Source: the human T2T-CHM13v2.0 reference genome, Homo sapiens
Assembly: GCF_009914755.1 (NCBI RefSeq)
Contig: NC_060929.1
Reading direction: 5' to 3' (one strand)
DNA: 64,000 bases
Below the pieces are notes generated by a model. The model had not been told where the DNA came from. It did not search any database and saw only the letters and a program-made list of their open reading frames with translations. Within the stretch, counting starts at the first letter, position 1, and every line of letters begins with the position of its first letter. The translations under genes were made by a program, and so were the position numbers. Of the stretch, positions 34,828-49,046 are shown piece after piece.

Positions 34828-34971
34828 AGCCCTTAATAAATAAAGGCTGAATGTATGCATGATGAAATCTTACCTCCTGCATAGGGATCTGTGTGCCCAA
34901 GAGATAAGTTTAAAATGGAAAACATGGTACTGCTTTTATTAAAAACACCACTTTATAAAAATGTGGAAATG

Positions 34972-35243
34972 TTTATTTATTTTATTTTATTTTACTTTAA
35001 GTTCTGGGATATATGTGCAGGATGTGCAGGTTTGTTACACAAGTATATGTGTGCCATGGTGTTTTGCTGCACCTGTCAACCCGTCCTCTAGGTTTTAAGC
35101 CCCACATGCATTAGGTATTTGTCCTAATGCTCTCCCTCCCCTTGCCCCCCATGCCCCAACAGGCTCCAGTGTATGATGTTTCCCTCTCTGTGTCCATGTT
35201 TTCTCATTGTTCAGCTTCTACTTATGAGTGAGAATATGCAGTG
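34972..35243 (-). mobile_element. L1PA 3' end
   Basis: TACTTTAAGTTCTGGGATA...CATTAGGTATTTGTCCTAATGCT. Confidence 0.88.
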
Positions 35244-35543
35244 AAAGCATCACTTTTATACACTAGTCACCACTGGATGCTATCACCGTATCTTGTGCTG
35301 TTATACTAGAATGAATGCTAGCTCCTCTTGCACCTCCAAAGTGGGATGAACTCAACTGCAATTCTCTCACTTGTCTTACTTTTCCAAAGAGCACAGGATG
35401 CATAAGACCAGTGTAGCAGCAGCTACACACCCACAATACTTAGGAAACATGAGCAGCAGTTATCACAAGCAAAAATGATATTTCCCAGATCCCAGCACAA
35501 TTTAGATCTTTATTGCAGTTGCCAGCCAAGCGATTTAGGATAA

Positions 35544-35992
<449 letters not shown>

Positions 35993-37871
35993 ACTGTGTT
36001 GTACCTTTTGTTACCAACATAACAAGGTTTCAGAGGCCCAGTTAGGGTGCAATGACATTTGCTAGGCATCGATTAGTAACACTGACTTTGCTACTCCAAA
36101 GGATGCTTAAAAATTTCCTTCTTGCTAACATTTTCTTGCTACAGCAGGTTCAACCTGGATCATCTATCCAAGGCTAAGGAATAAGATAAAGGAGAAAAAA
36201 ATCAGAAAAAAAAATCTATGAGATTTCCACCTAGTAAGCTGAGCTTGAGAAAAAGAGCAAGTCTAAGCTCTGTTCCTGGCTCTAGCAATGGTTCTACAGT
36301 TCATGCAAAATCCAGCTGCCGTTGCAGTATAGAGCCCCTTAGAAAGCTTCTTGTGACCCCAGGAAAGGAATTTCTATCTCCATTCAAGACTTGATCCTGA
36401 CTTATGCAATATGAGTTCCTGGAAAGCCTATGTTGATCCCCAGATGGATCCATTTTCTTATTAAACTCAGATACTGTGGTTTAAAAATGCTAAAGCATAC
36501 TTTTGGCCTGCATAGCTGCCATCTAAAGACAGCTGCAGCTCAGTGACAGCTCAAATCAGCCATGGTAAATACAAAAGTTTTCATCTCTCCTTGCCATATT
36601 TTGGTTTCAGATGGTAGCTCTCATTTGTTGCCACATTGAGCACCAAAATGTTCAGGATTCAGTGTGGGCCTCTCCCTATTTCATACCTCAAGTTCTGTAA
36701 CTGCAGAGATAGGAAAGCTATGCCCATAGGAACCAAATGAAAACAAATAAGATTACAAAAAGGAGTATGCTTGTTCCAGTGCCCAATGCCAGGCAGGTCT
36801 AGGCTGGCCACTCCATAGTTTCAAGTGATAGTCTGGACGAAACTGCCATACTGGAAGATAAAGAACAGAAAGGAGATGGCTTAGCCTCTTACTAGCTGAG
36901 TAACAGTCTTGATCAGCTTGCTGATAATCCATGCGACAGAATAAAGGAAGCAGAAGGAAGCCCACCATATAGGTGTAGGAAGTGGAACAGAAACGGTGGG
37001 GCTTGTTACTGCCTTTAGAGCATGGTATCCTCACGTTAGTAAATGTGGTTCAGCGAATACCTCTGGCTCTCTTCAGTCAGATTGGTCTTTCTTCCTTCCT
37101 CTGGGGAGAGATACTAAGTGGGGCCATACAAAAGAGGGGCTAGTTATGTCTGTCCTCACTGAGCCAAGGTTGAATCATGGCCTAAGATGCAGAAAATTTC
37201 TCCTTCTCCCCAAGTAAGATAAGTCCATTAAGATGACACTTTTTCTAATTATATTATCTGCAGCATCGACACTATTGACCTCTTCAGTTTCTACTCTCCC
37301 TTTGGTGAATGCTATATTTTTCTGGTCACTGTCACAGCTCTCACTCACTTTTCCTCAGTTGTTATTGTTGCCTTTCCTCTAACTGGGTCTTAAATGTGGG
37401 GATCTCCTCTCTCTGTCTCTCTCTTTGTGTGTATCTCTCTATTTCTCTGTCTTTCTCTTGCTCTGCATATTCTGGCTGGATAATTTCGTCCACTTCCAAG
37501 ACACCAACTCTATTTTCATGTTGTTCTCTTTTATATCTTAAACTCTTGATTCCCTCTTAATTTCTAAAACTAATTTTCCAGATGCTTTCTGAGTTGTCTA
37601 CAAAAAGTCCTCATTTGCATCTTAAAATCCACATGTTAAACGAAATCTATTGACTCCATCTCTGTTCCCCCAATTTTTCTACTCATTGCCCTCCATAAAC
37701 TCACTCCTCTTCTGATGTTTCCTATTCCAATTAATGGCATGCCTACCTAAATCCTTCAAGCTTAAATCAAATGCCTCCTTCTTCTTGAAGTCTTTCATGC
37801 CACCTTGGTTAGAATTATGAGCTCTTTTCTTTGCACTATATGTTGCTTATTTTTCTTTCTTAGTATGGATT

Positions 37872-38398
37872 TGTCAAGAACTGTGAAGGGTCTGAGATTA
37901 TAACTTACTGGCAAGCTGACTAGTTAGCCTAACTAGTTCAGTGGATGCTGAGACAAGATACCAGACTCCAGGGTCAGAGACAAATGCTTTTATTGCTTAC
38001 AGCACAAGTTCTATGAGTTTCATGTTTTCATTGGTTTCCTTGTCCTTGCCATGCTCCATGAGTGAGAGGCAGAGGGGCCTAGGTTGGTGCTGAGCATGCA
38101 GCAGTTTTGTGCCACAGCTGAAGAACTCTGAGGCTAGGAAACCTGGATCTTTTATAATGGCTGCAAGCAAACCTTCCCGAACTTTGCTCAAGAGGGAGAT
38201 GTTATATTTATGACACTGGACAGTAAACAAACCTGTCCTTTGTTCCATAAGCAAATGCTATCTCTATTTTCCATTTCATTGTCTTATTCATTATACAAAC
38301 ATCCTTAAAACGATAGTCTAGGACAAAAGGGTAGTTAGTACCTCTTGTCATAAGATGAGCAGAAACATGAAAGGTCTATGGAGAATTGGCTCTCAATG
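37872..38398. mobile_element. Old solo LTR (ERVL-like; MER68/MER77 group, uncertain)
   Basis: Starts TGTCAAGAACTGTGAAGGGTCTGAG; 5-bp TSD GGATT (37867-37871, 38399-38403). Confidence 0.6.
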
Positions 38399-40164
38399 GG
38401 ATTCACCCTGCCTTGTGAATCCCATTGTATGTGCTTAGTATATATAATGTTTTTTTTTTTCCTACATGTCCAAATGTAATCTCTGATGTTGGAAATTGTG
38501 GCTGATTTAGGAATATTTTTGGTAAAAATAATCAACCTAAGGTTTCTTCATACCCAGAGGAAACCTGTTAATAGAACAATGTAATCTTGCTATTGGTAGG
38601 CCGCTGAGACCCTGCAAGGGATGGGGGAAGTGATAGGCACAGAATCTGTTTAAAATCATTACAAGAACTATGGCTTCAGCCACGACCTATGTAACAAGAA
38701 TAATACTTTGGAAATAACTGTCTTGCTTAGGGTTCCTATTCATAAGCAAGAAAAACTGACTCTGTCTGATTTAAGTACGGAAGGATTATTAAAAGGACAC
38801 AAGGTGGCCACCAGAATCTCTAGGTGGGGGGAAGAAAGCTAGATTCCGAGGCTCTGCAGTCAGGAGCTATGTCTAAATCATGCCACAGAGTTGGTATGAT
38901 GAAGATACTGTTATCCTCACAGCTGGATATTAGATGACGCCACTTGCACCCCTGAGACTACCACCACTGAATCCTGCTCACTCCTGCTAGAACTGATGCC
39001 ATTTCTCCTCCAACTATCCATCACCAGAATGCATTCTGTATAGTTTGTCATTCACCCCATCAATCATTATTTCTCAATTCAGTGCCTTGGGAGGAAGTAC
39101 ATGATTTGCAGAACTTAGGTCATGTGCTATGCCTGGCTGCAGTGGAGGCTGGGAAGAAGAGTACCCAGTATTTTCAGACTCTGAAGTAGGAAACAAGTAA
39201 GGTATTATCCAACAATGGGAAGGTAATTTAGAGACTAGGCAGCAAAAAAGAAAAAGAATGCGGTTTCATCGTAATATCTCTTCATGTTCTCCCAGCTTTC
39301 CATACACTGTTCGGACTAAGCCAAAAAGCCTAGTGTCTCCCTTAGAAGAGTGAATCTTCAGAATAGAGCTATCCATAAGGTGGGAGCAAGGAGAACAAAC
39401 ATGGGAGGAGTTCTAACAACCAGCAAAGATCAGTAGAATTCTTACTGTGAAAAGGATGAAGATGATTAGGAGGGTGGATAATAGGGGTGTGGTCTGCCTG
39501 GGTTCTTCAGGGAATCAACATATTTTTCTTTTTCCTGGCTCTACCTGAAGAGATAGGGCAGTGAAGAGGATAGAAACACTAGATACATTTTGACTTTGAG
39601 AAGACATTGCCTTGCAGGTGATCTTAAAGCATCACAGGTTGACTGTAGCAGAATGACAATGGCCTTATTGTTGATTTATGCCGTAAGTGAGCTGAAGATC
39701 CTATTCTTATCTCCTTTGCTTCCTGGATGGAATGGAAGAGATATATTTTTGTTCATTTAAAATTTTTATTTTTATAATGTTTTATTTGGAATAATTTTAG
39801 ACTCACATAGAAGTTGTTAAAAATCGTATAGAAAGAGAGAAAGCACAGCATATTCTAGGACTACTTAAGCCCACATACTGATGAAAATATAATTCAGAGG
39901 CCAGATAGATTTGAGTTGGAGTCAAATGCAGATGGGTTGAGGACTCCTGGGACCCCTCAAATATGTGAATAAAGCACAAGTTTCATCTGCCACATACTTT
40001 CTCAGTAGCTGGGGAGTAGCTGAGGGAGAAGCAGAGGCCAGCATGGCCTTAAAGAACACCACTAACCCTGCCAAACCTTTCCTGTCAAACATGTCACCTG
40101 TTTACATATACACTATGCAGTCATAAAAAAGAATGAGGTCATGTCCTTTGCAGGAATATGAATG

Positions 40165-40410
40165 ATTTCAGAAGCCTTTTCCCTTAAACGCCGGGCAGCA
40201 TCTCATACTATCCTTGACTGGTTAGTGTAAAAACAACACTCTTCCCCTAAGAAGGTGCAGAGTCCTCCTTTCTCAGGAGTGAGGAGGTCTAGGCCTCAGC
40301 GATTTTGGAGAGTCACTGCTGCCAAAGAGTCTATTTGGGATTGTAGAGTAAGGATAGATTTTGTTATTTCTTGCAAACTGAGAAATCCTTTGAGAGTGTG
40401 TGGTATTAGG
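40165..40410 (-). pseudogene. ERV9 env TM remnant (immunosuppressive domain and CX6CC)
   Basis: Minus strand translates [46 protein letters not shown]. Confidence 0.88.
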
Positions 40411-41269
40411 ATAGTACATGTTACACTGTTAACTATTGGCAAACTTTAGTTGAAAACCTTCTAAGTTTGGGATTTTAATTCTTCTTTGCTATTACAAAAC
40501 CTCGTTCAGTTCATATTAACTTAGAATTGGTATAGATCGCTCCTTCCTGTTTCTGTAAGTACTTTAAGATTTGGCTGAGTGCAAACAACTCACACATTTG
40601 AGCAGACCAGTTATTAGGCAATTTTCCTAACTCTGCTTCTGCAAGAGTTTCCTTATCACTTACCCATTGTGTCTTTTTCCCTTAATCGCCTGGGAGGAAC
40701 CATCTATCATGCTGTCCTGAAGGGAGTTTCCTCCTAGATCTGGTCGGACCTTTGTATGGTAATTAATTAAGATTTACATCCCCTGTTAGGAAACCTGCTG
40801 GGTTAAGGATTTTTGATAGGAAGGCTATGGTTTTTCAGTGGCCTCAGTGCTTTCGGGCTATGCCCTTGTTTACACTGACAACAAGGTGCTATTGGAGTGT
40901 TACAGGGTTAGAGAGAAGACCTTCAGTTATCAATTATAGGTTTTAAATTTACCCTGGCTTTTAAAGGAATAGGGTACACTGTTTTTTCTTTACTACTTCT
41001 ATCTCTCTCTTTCTCTCTTTGACTTCTTTGTCTGTCTCTCTCTTTCTCTCTGACTCCCTCTTTGTCTCTTCCTCTCTTTCCTTCTTTGACTTTCTGTCTC
41101 TCTGTCTCTTCCTCTCTCTCTTTGACTCCTTCTTTGTCTCTGTCTCTTCCTCTCTCTGTCTCCTTCTCTTTGTCTGTCTGTTTCTTCCTCTCTGTCTCTC
41201 TTTCTCTGTCTCTTTCTCTCTTTCCTTTCTGCTGCCTCTGCCAGCTATTTATGCTGCTGTTCTCTCCTC

Positions 41270-42110
41270 TCCTTTCCCTTCTGATGGCTTTGGTGGTGTA
41301 AGACTGCCACCTCCTTGGGTTTTTGCACTGCGTGCAATAACTCCATGGTTTCCTTGTGATATTTAATGGGGGTTCCCCCAGAGGTTAGGAACTCCCTTTC
41401 TTTCCATATTGCAGCATGGGCATGTAGGATTAGATAAGCATACTTGCTATCTGTATACACATTTATTCTTCTTCCCTTTCCCAGTTCTAAGGCTTGGGTA
41501 AGTGCCACTAGTTCTGCTAACTGGGCTCTGGTCCCTGGGGGAAGAGGCTTACTTTCAAGTACTGTTACTATGGCGTAACCTGTCCTTCGTATCCCATTCT
41601 CCACAAATGAACTTTCATTGCTGTATAGGTTAAGGTCAGGAATAACTAAGGGGACTTCTTGGGTGGCATAAGTCTGGACTATAATTAGTTGGCAGTCATG
41701 CTCGATTGGTTCCCCATCCTCTGGGAGAAAAGTGGCAGGGTTGAGGGTCACACACAAGCATATTTGAAGCACTGGTCCCTCAAGGAGTAGCACCTGGTAT
41801 CTAAGGAGGCAGTTGTCTGATAGCCATAAACTTCCTTTGGCACCCAGTATGCCATTTACATCATGAGTAGTCCAGACAGTGAGATCCTTTCCTTGTATTA
41901 TTTTGATAGCCTCTGACACTAAGATGGCCACCACCACAACTACCTGTAAACAGTGAGGCCAGCCTTTTGCTACCATATCAAGTTCCTTACTTAGGTATGC
42001 CACTGGTTGTGGGGTTGTCCCACGAGTCTGAGTAAGGACACTAAGAGCTATTCCTGCTCTCTCTGTGATGTATAAAGAAAAGTTTCATCCTGTGGGAAGG
42101 CTTAAGGCTA
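41270..42110 (-). pseudogene. ERV9 pol tether/RNase H remnant; RT core deleted
   Basis: AYLSKELD...AQLAELVALTQAL...NVYTDSKYAY; joined to the protease region with no YxDD region between. Confidence 0.88.
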
Positions 42111-42129
42111 GAGCTAGAGTTTGTTTCTT

Positions 42130-42480
42130 CCAATGCCCAGTCTTCAGGGTTGATTCCCTCCTCAAGCAGGGGACAATAAATGGGTAACTTGTTCCTCATA
42201 TTCATGTAGATAATAGCTCCAGCTTTGGCTAATATATCCTTCCCCAATAAGGGTATGGGACTTTCAGGCATAACAAGAAAGGCATGTGAAAAGAGCAGTC
42301 TCCCAGTTACAACTGAGGAGGTGGGAGAAATACCTGGTTACAGGCTGTCCCAGGATTCCTCGGATGGTAACGGACCTTGAGGACAGCTGTCTGGGACAGG
42401 AGATTAACACTGAGAAGGCTGCACCAGTGTCCAGGAGGAAGTCAATTTCCTGACCCCCCAGTGGTTAAATGTACCTGGGG
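42130..42480 (-). pseudogene. ERV9 protease remnant
   Basis: EIDFLLDTGAAFSVLIS (DTG active site) and PIPLLGKDILAK. Confidence 0.88.
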
Positions 42481-42699
42481 CTCAGTGAGGGTGATGACAT
42501 GAGCTGGCACTTGCCCCAGGCACCCTCAATTCTGTTGTTGGATCATCTGGTTGGGGGCTTCTGGCCCAGAGAACCTTTGTCCTCTGGGGCAGTGCACCTT
42601 CCAGTGATTGCCTCGGCATAGTGAACATGGATGAGGGGGCAGCTTGTTTCTCATTGGACAATCTTTTTAAAAGTGTCCTTGCAAACCACACTGATAATA

Positions 42700-43975
42700 A
42701 GCCCCACCAGGTGATTGGTCTACTCCATTTTCTGTCCTCTTTGAACCACCAAGGTTTGTTTATCTGAGGGCCATGACTAAGGCTGTGGCCTTTCTCTGAT
42801 CTCGCTTTTCCTGTCCCTCTTGGTCCCTATTACAGAACACGGAGGTTGCCAGGTTTAATAATGCCTCCAGATTTTGTTCAGGGCCCAGGGCTCACTTTTG
42901 AAGCTTTCTCCTGATATCTGTGGCTGATTGGGTAATAAACTTATCTTTTAGGATCAGTTGACTGTTGAGGGAGTCACAGGGGAGAGTATATTTCCTTAAG
43001 GCCTCCCGTAGCCGCTCGAGGAAGGCAGAAGGATTTTCTTCCTTTCTCTGAGTTATGGTGGACATCATTAAATAATTCATGGGCTTTTCCCTAATTCTCC
43101 TTAGTCCTTCTAGAACACAGGTCAACAGATGTTTGTGACTCCAGTCCCCATGATCTGAGTCAAGGTCCCATTGGGGATCCATACTGGGGACGGCTTGCTG
43201 ACTGGTAGGGAATTTGTCCTTTTCTTCGGCTGTCATTCTATCATTTACTTGACTAAGATACCAGGTATATCCAAACTCTTGGGATGCAGCTAAAGCTGCA
43301 TTCTTTTCATTAAAGGCCAGGGTTTGATCTAATAGCATGACTTCTCTCCAAGTGAGGTCAAAGGTTTGCCCTAGACCCTGTAGGACATCTATATATCTAT
43401 CAGGATCATCTGAAAGCTTCTCCAGGTCTGCCTTGATCTGCTTTAAATCAGAGAGGGAAAGGGGGACATGTACCTGGGTTGGGCCAAATTCCCCTCCCCC
43501 TACAGCTTGAAGGGGACATAACTGATAGCCCAGGGGCTTTTGTGGTCCTTTGGAGACTTCTTTGCTTATTTCCTTCTGGGCAGGGGAGATTAGAGGAGGC
43601 TTATCATTAATAGGAAGGGGAGCTATAGGGAGACTAGGATATGGAGGTAAACTGAGAGGTCCTCCTGTGGGATGTAAATTGCAATCTTTGCATAGTTGAG
43701 GATTCACCTTCAATGAAAAGAAAGCTTGAACTAAGGTACTTCACTCCATTTGCCTTCCCTCTTACAGAAAAGGTCAAGCTGCAGGATAGTTTTGTAATTT
43801 ATATGTCCCTCAGGTGGCCATTTTGGCCATTTTTCCCCACCAGAGAGAGAATACTGGGGCCAGGCCATAATGCAGAAAAAAATGATCCATCTCTTTTTCA
43901 GGGTCTGTGGGTCAAATTGGTCCCAATAGCTTAGGATGCATTTCAAGGGTGAGCCTGTTGGTGCCCGAGTGTTTC
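42700..43975 (-). pseudogene. ERV9 gag remnant
   Basis: SPLKCILSYWDQFDPQTLKK, LSDDPDRYIDVLQGLGQ, MHR-like ITQRKEENPSAFLERLREALRKYT; frameshifted. Confidence 0.9.
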
Positions 43976-45189
43976 CCACCTGAAAGACAAAACTGCCTGC
44001 GGTTTTGGTTTGTTTGTTTTTCCCCCTGCCCAAGAACCTGCAATGGTCCCTGGACCCTGCTGATCAGAATAGTTGTGCTCACCGACACAGCAGCAGAAAC
44101 ACCTCTTGCCCAAGAACTCACAATGGTCCCTGGATCCTGCTGATTGGAATAGTTGCACTCACTGACACAGCAGTAGAAACACTAGTTTTCCTCCTAGACC
44201 ACAAGGAGGGCCAAGGAAGGTCGGATTTAGTGGCCCTTACCGACGCATTCTCGAAAACCTGCACCCTTGCCTGTCTTCTGAGACCACAAAGAGGACCGAG
44301 AAAAATCGGATTTAGTGGCCCTTACTGATGCATTCTCGAAAACCTGTTAGAGTCCTAAGCATTCTTCTATGAGTATTGGGACTTTACCCCTGTCCTATAA
44401 AGATGTTATGCCACCAAAATGAAGTGAACGTCCATACCCTGAGGGAGGGAAGGGATCTCCAGGGTTGGAAGAGTGATGCCTTTTGTCCTCACTTGAATAG
44501 GAAGGATATCATTTCTGAAGCTTCCCATATCCTAGCTTCAGGAATAGGTTTTGTTAGGCCTGCTAGTCTGAGGAGGGATCCTAAAATTCCAGATCGTCCC
44601 CCACCTTGATGGGACTTTGGACAAAAATTATGTCTTTCTGATTGGTGAGCCCAAGTGCCTAAAGAAGGGAATAGAGTCCTGATCTTATAGGAGAAACTAG
44701 AAAAGCACCAGAGGCAGGGAGTGGTTTTTAGACGTGGGACTAGCCTCAGAGAAGAGAGGCAAGAGGAAGTTTGTCTGACAGGCGTTGGGACCCAGGAGGC
44801 AAGGGTCAGGATAGATAGGATAGATGGGTGAGTCTCGCTTGGGCAACATGACTTTGAGAGTTCTGCTCATGGCTGCAGGGTCAACCAACTTGTTGTTGGG
44901 ACCCCCAGAGCTGAATAACTTTTCTCTCTGTTGACCCTCAGCTCAGCCCAGAAGTACAGGAAAACTGGAAGCTGGTTCCAGGAAAACCAACGCTCCCAAC
45001 TCCGAAGAGTCACGGGTTGTTAGAGAGCCCTTTCCCAGAAAGCCTGACACCTGTGTCTTTAGTCTGGCAGCCACGCTACTTGCTTTTAACTGGCTGACAG
45101 ATGCCCGGTATTTAGCCCCTGAATTCTAAGGAAAAATAGGACAGAATAGGAAGTGAAAGGGGTCCGATGGTACTCATCGCTTGGTGATA

Positions 45190-45207
45190 GTCCCATCTGG
45201 GTCACCA
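45190..45207 (-). promoter_or_regulatory. Retroviral primer binding site, tRNA-Arg
   Basis: Plus strand GTCCCATCTGGGTCACCA vs tRNA-Arg(CCG) 3' end GTCCCATCTGGGTCGCCA (recalled): one CpG-type mismatch, 3 bp from the LTR. Confidence 0.85.
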
Positions 45208-45210
45208 AAA

Positions 45211-46114
45211 TGTGTCCGGAATTTATTCTTCCCAGTGGGTTCTTGGTCTCGCTGACCTCAAGAATGAAGCCATGGACCCTTGCAGTGAGTGTTACAGCTC
45301 TTAAAGATGGTGTGTCCGGAGTTTGTTCCTTCAGAAGTTCAGATGTATCCAGAGTTTCTTCCTTCTGGTGGGTTCGTGGTCTTGGTGACTTCAGGAGTGA
45401 AGACCTTTGCAGTGAGTGTTACAGCTCTTAAAGGTGGTGCGTCCGGAGTTGTTTGTTCCTCCCGGTGGGTTCGTGGCCTTGCTGACTTCAGGAATGAAGC
45501 CACAGACTCTTGCAGTGAGTGTTACAGCTCATAAAGGTAGTGCGGACCCAAAGAATGAGCAGCACCAAGATTTATTATGAAGAGCGAAAGAACAAAGCTT
45601 CCAAAGCGTGGAAGGGGACCCGAGCGGGTTGCCACTGCTGGCTGGAGTGGCCAGCTTTTATTCCCTTATTTGTCCCCGCCCACATCCTGCTGATTGGTCC
45701 ATTTTACAGAGTGCTGATTGGTCCATTTCATAGAGTGCTGATTGCTGCGCTTACAATCCTTTAGCTAGACCCAGAGCACTGACTGGTGCGTTTTTACAGA
45801 GTGCTGATTGGTGCATTTACAATCTTTTAGCTAGACACAGAGTGCTGATTGGTGCATTTTTACAGGGTGCTGATTGGTGCATTTACAATCCTTTAGCTAG
45901 ACACAGAGTGCTGATTGGTGCGTTTTTACAGAGTGCTGATTGGTGCATTTAGAATCCTTTAGCTAGACACAGAGCGCTGATTGGTCCATTTTACAGAGTG
46001 CTGATTGGTGCATTTTTACAGAGTGCTGATTGATGCATTTACAATCCTTTAGCTAGACACAAAAGTTCTCCAAGTCCCCACCCAACCCAGAAGCCCAGCT
46101 GGCTTCACCTCTCA
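45211..46114 (-). mobile_element. LTR12-family 5' LTR of ERV9
   Basis: Minus strand starts TGAGAGGTGAAGCCAGCTGGGCTTC and ends CCGGACACA; tandem CCAAT repeats at 45690-46060; U5 repeats at 45211-45540. Confidence 0.92.
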
Positions 46115-46404
<290 letters not shown>

Positions 46405-46863
46405 TCACCTGCTCCAGTGACATTTAGACGAGAGAGAAGAAAGAAATACAGAAAGACAACATTTACTCTAAACAGAGTCACTTTTAACTGGCAACTTTAA
46501 GACTCTATTTCTGCCTCTGCTTCCACAAGAAAGAGGATTTGAGAGCAAGGTAAGACCATTAGAGAAAATAATCTACACTTCTATAGCAACATTCTTTTGT
46601 AGTGTGCTAAATTACATATGTCATTGTACTTTGATGACTGTAATTTCTAATCTGTATTGCCTCTCATTCACATTCGAGTCATTTATTTGGGTACTTACTG
46701 TAGTAGGCATTAGCATTTACCTATCCCCATTGACTCTGGTCTAGGACTAGCCAATATCCAGTTTTGAGTCTAGGGAGTGGACTATTGCCTTCCCAGCAAT
46801 GGCTGAGAGAGGCTTAATTCTCTCTCATATTGTGGGCCTGTGGGTGAATGCACTTCCTTTTAG

Positions 46864-47178
<315 letters not shown>

Positions 47179-47218
47179 AAGTGAGTTAATTATGCACTTA
47201 CATTTCTGAAAGTAAGAG

Positions 47219-47613
47219 TGAGACAGGAGAATAGGGTCTGCAGGCAGGGAATTCATGCTGATTTCCTAGAACTAAATCAAATGGAAACACTTCAGCTATG
47301 ACAGGAAAGATCCTCTCTGTTTACATAGGAAGCAAACCAAGTAAATGTTCTTGTAGCTTTACTTCATCTTCTTCATTTACATAGCACGTACACCAGGTAA
47401 CCAATGGAAACCTCTAGAGGGTATTTGAACCCCAGACAATTCTGTAATGGAGCTCTTGAAGGCTCTATGCTCGGGTCTGCTCCCACCCTGTGAAGTATAC
47501 TTTCATTTTCAGTAAATCTCTGCTTTTGTTGCTTCATTCTTTCCTTGCTTTGTGTGTTTTGTCCAATGCTTTGTTCAAGACACAAAGGACCTGGACACCT
47601 TTCACTAGAAACA
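47219..47613 (+). mobile_element. MER61-like solo LTR (ERV1)
   Basis: TGAGACAGGAGAATAGGGTCTG...AACA; 4-bp TSD AGAG. Confidence 0.75.
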
Positions 47614-48479
47614 AGAGTAATGTGCTCTGCCTCTTTATTTTTATTTTTTTAGGCTTAAAAAATTAAACAGAAGAGCAAGCTTATTGGGCTAAACAAGAGA
47701 GATTACAATGGAATATTGAAACAGATATCCAGCCATGGTGATCTGGGAACTTGCTCCAAGGTGGAGCTAGTGAAGGAGTGAATGCACAGCTCAATAGGCT
47801 TCCTCAGTGGATCTGTTTGAAGAAGTTTGGTTATTCTCTGTTTCTGTAGCTGCATCAGCTTCTCCTGCAGGGTACAGGAGTGTGAAGACCAAAGTTTAAG
47901 GAGTTGCAGTACAGGTTTACCCTTGAATTGTGGATTACCAAGTGGCCGTGCTGGAGGCTTACTTTTACACCTTGGTCTATGCTTGCATTCGAAATGTCCA
48001 GGGGCTTTCTTGTGACCCGAAAGCAAAGAAGCTTGTCCTTTGTTTAAACCAGGCACAGTAGCAGGAGTAGATGCGCCAAGGGCAGAGAGGTGTGTCAGGT
48101 GCTGGCAGGGTGGCTTGGGACCGAGAATTGGGCCTCACCTCTAGGCATTTCATCCCATAGTAGGAGGCTGCACTGAGTTGGTTGAGGTCCTGGCCCAAGG
48201 ACGTGCCCTTGGTAGACTGCACCTCTTATCACAAGAGCTTTCTTATCTTTGGCTCCTGTGCTCTCAGAGCTTGTCTCTATGAGTTTTAGTGAGCATCAGA
48301 ATTCAGCGGTCAAACCTAAGGTAGATGTGGACAAATGGCTAAGAGAGCAAGGTGCTAGTTTAGGGATGAGCTGTCAATGGAAGGATGTGCTTTTTGAAAT
48401 TTTAGGCTTGTGTTACAGAGAGATTTTTCTTGCTACAGACACCTGAGTGGTCTCTGGTTTTCTCTTGTGAGGAGGCATG

Positions 48480-48498
48480 CCCCGCCCCCTTGTGGCGG
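48480..48498 (-). promoter_or_regulatory. Candidate CTCF site in the HERV-IP leader
   Basis: Minus strand CCGCCACAAGGGGGCGGGG. Confidence 0.5.
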
Positions 48499-49046
48499 CC
48501 TCAGGAGTGAGAAATCAGGAACTACCCAGTTGGAGAAGTAACCTGCACTCTCAGCAATGCGGAAAGAAACCAGCCGGCAACCTGGGGCAAAGGATCCTCA
48601 CATACTGTGGTGACGGCTCTGTGCACAGACCAAGGAAGGAGAAGCCATGAGAGCCAGTAAAATACTTCCTTGGTGGTCAAATTCTGGAGGGCTGAATGTG
48701 TGTGTGCATGAATGAGCACAAACAACCCTGCTTGCAGTGTTGTTTGTGTGGATGGTGACAAGTCCTACTGCTGGAGTAAGGGGGTCCTCTCTGCGGTTCT
48801 GTGGCTACCTCATATGGCTTAGGGCAGATCATGCTGTGGGATTTATACTGGCATGCCAACTCTAAGAGGGGCCTAATTCTCCCTTGGGGGAGTGACCAGA
48901 GAGGACAACACGAGTGGGAAGTGTGCAAGGGACCTTCAGAGGGGGAAAGGGAGGACACAGGTCCACCTCCCAGGGCAGGCAAGGCAAGACACCCCCTGGT
49001 TTGAGGGGTAGAACCTTCTGGGACAGGCAAGGCAAGGCATCCCTGG

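Larger units (their letters stand above)
40165..45210 (-). mobile_element. ERV9 (HERV9) internal region, defective and 3'-truncated
   Basis: PBS-Arg, gag, protease, RNase H, a HERV-IP-like insert and an env TM remnant in order on the minus strand; no 3' LTR. Confidence 0.88.

Noticed and set aside
36511-36532. CTCF-like GTCTTTAGATGGCAGC on the minus strand
   Set aside because: Lacks the CCAC/CCAG core; too weak to call.
41245-43713. 252-aa and 273-aa ORFs as functional retroviral genes
   Set aside because: Fragments of a frameshifted provirus with RT and integrase deleted.
47700-48440. Possible processed pseudogene or 5' LTR upstream of the HERV-IP leader
   Set aside because: No similarity to the LTR10F at 61667, no recognisable protein, tail or TSD.
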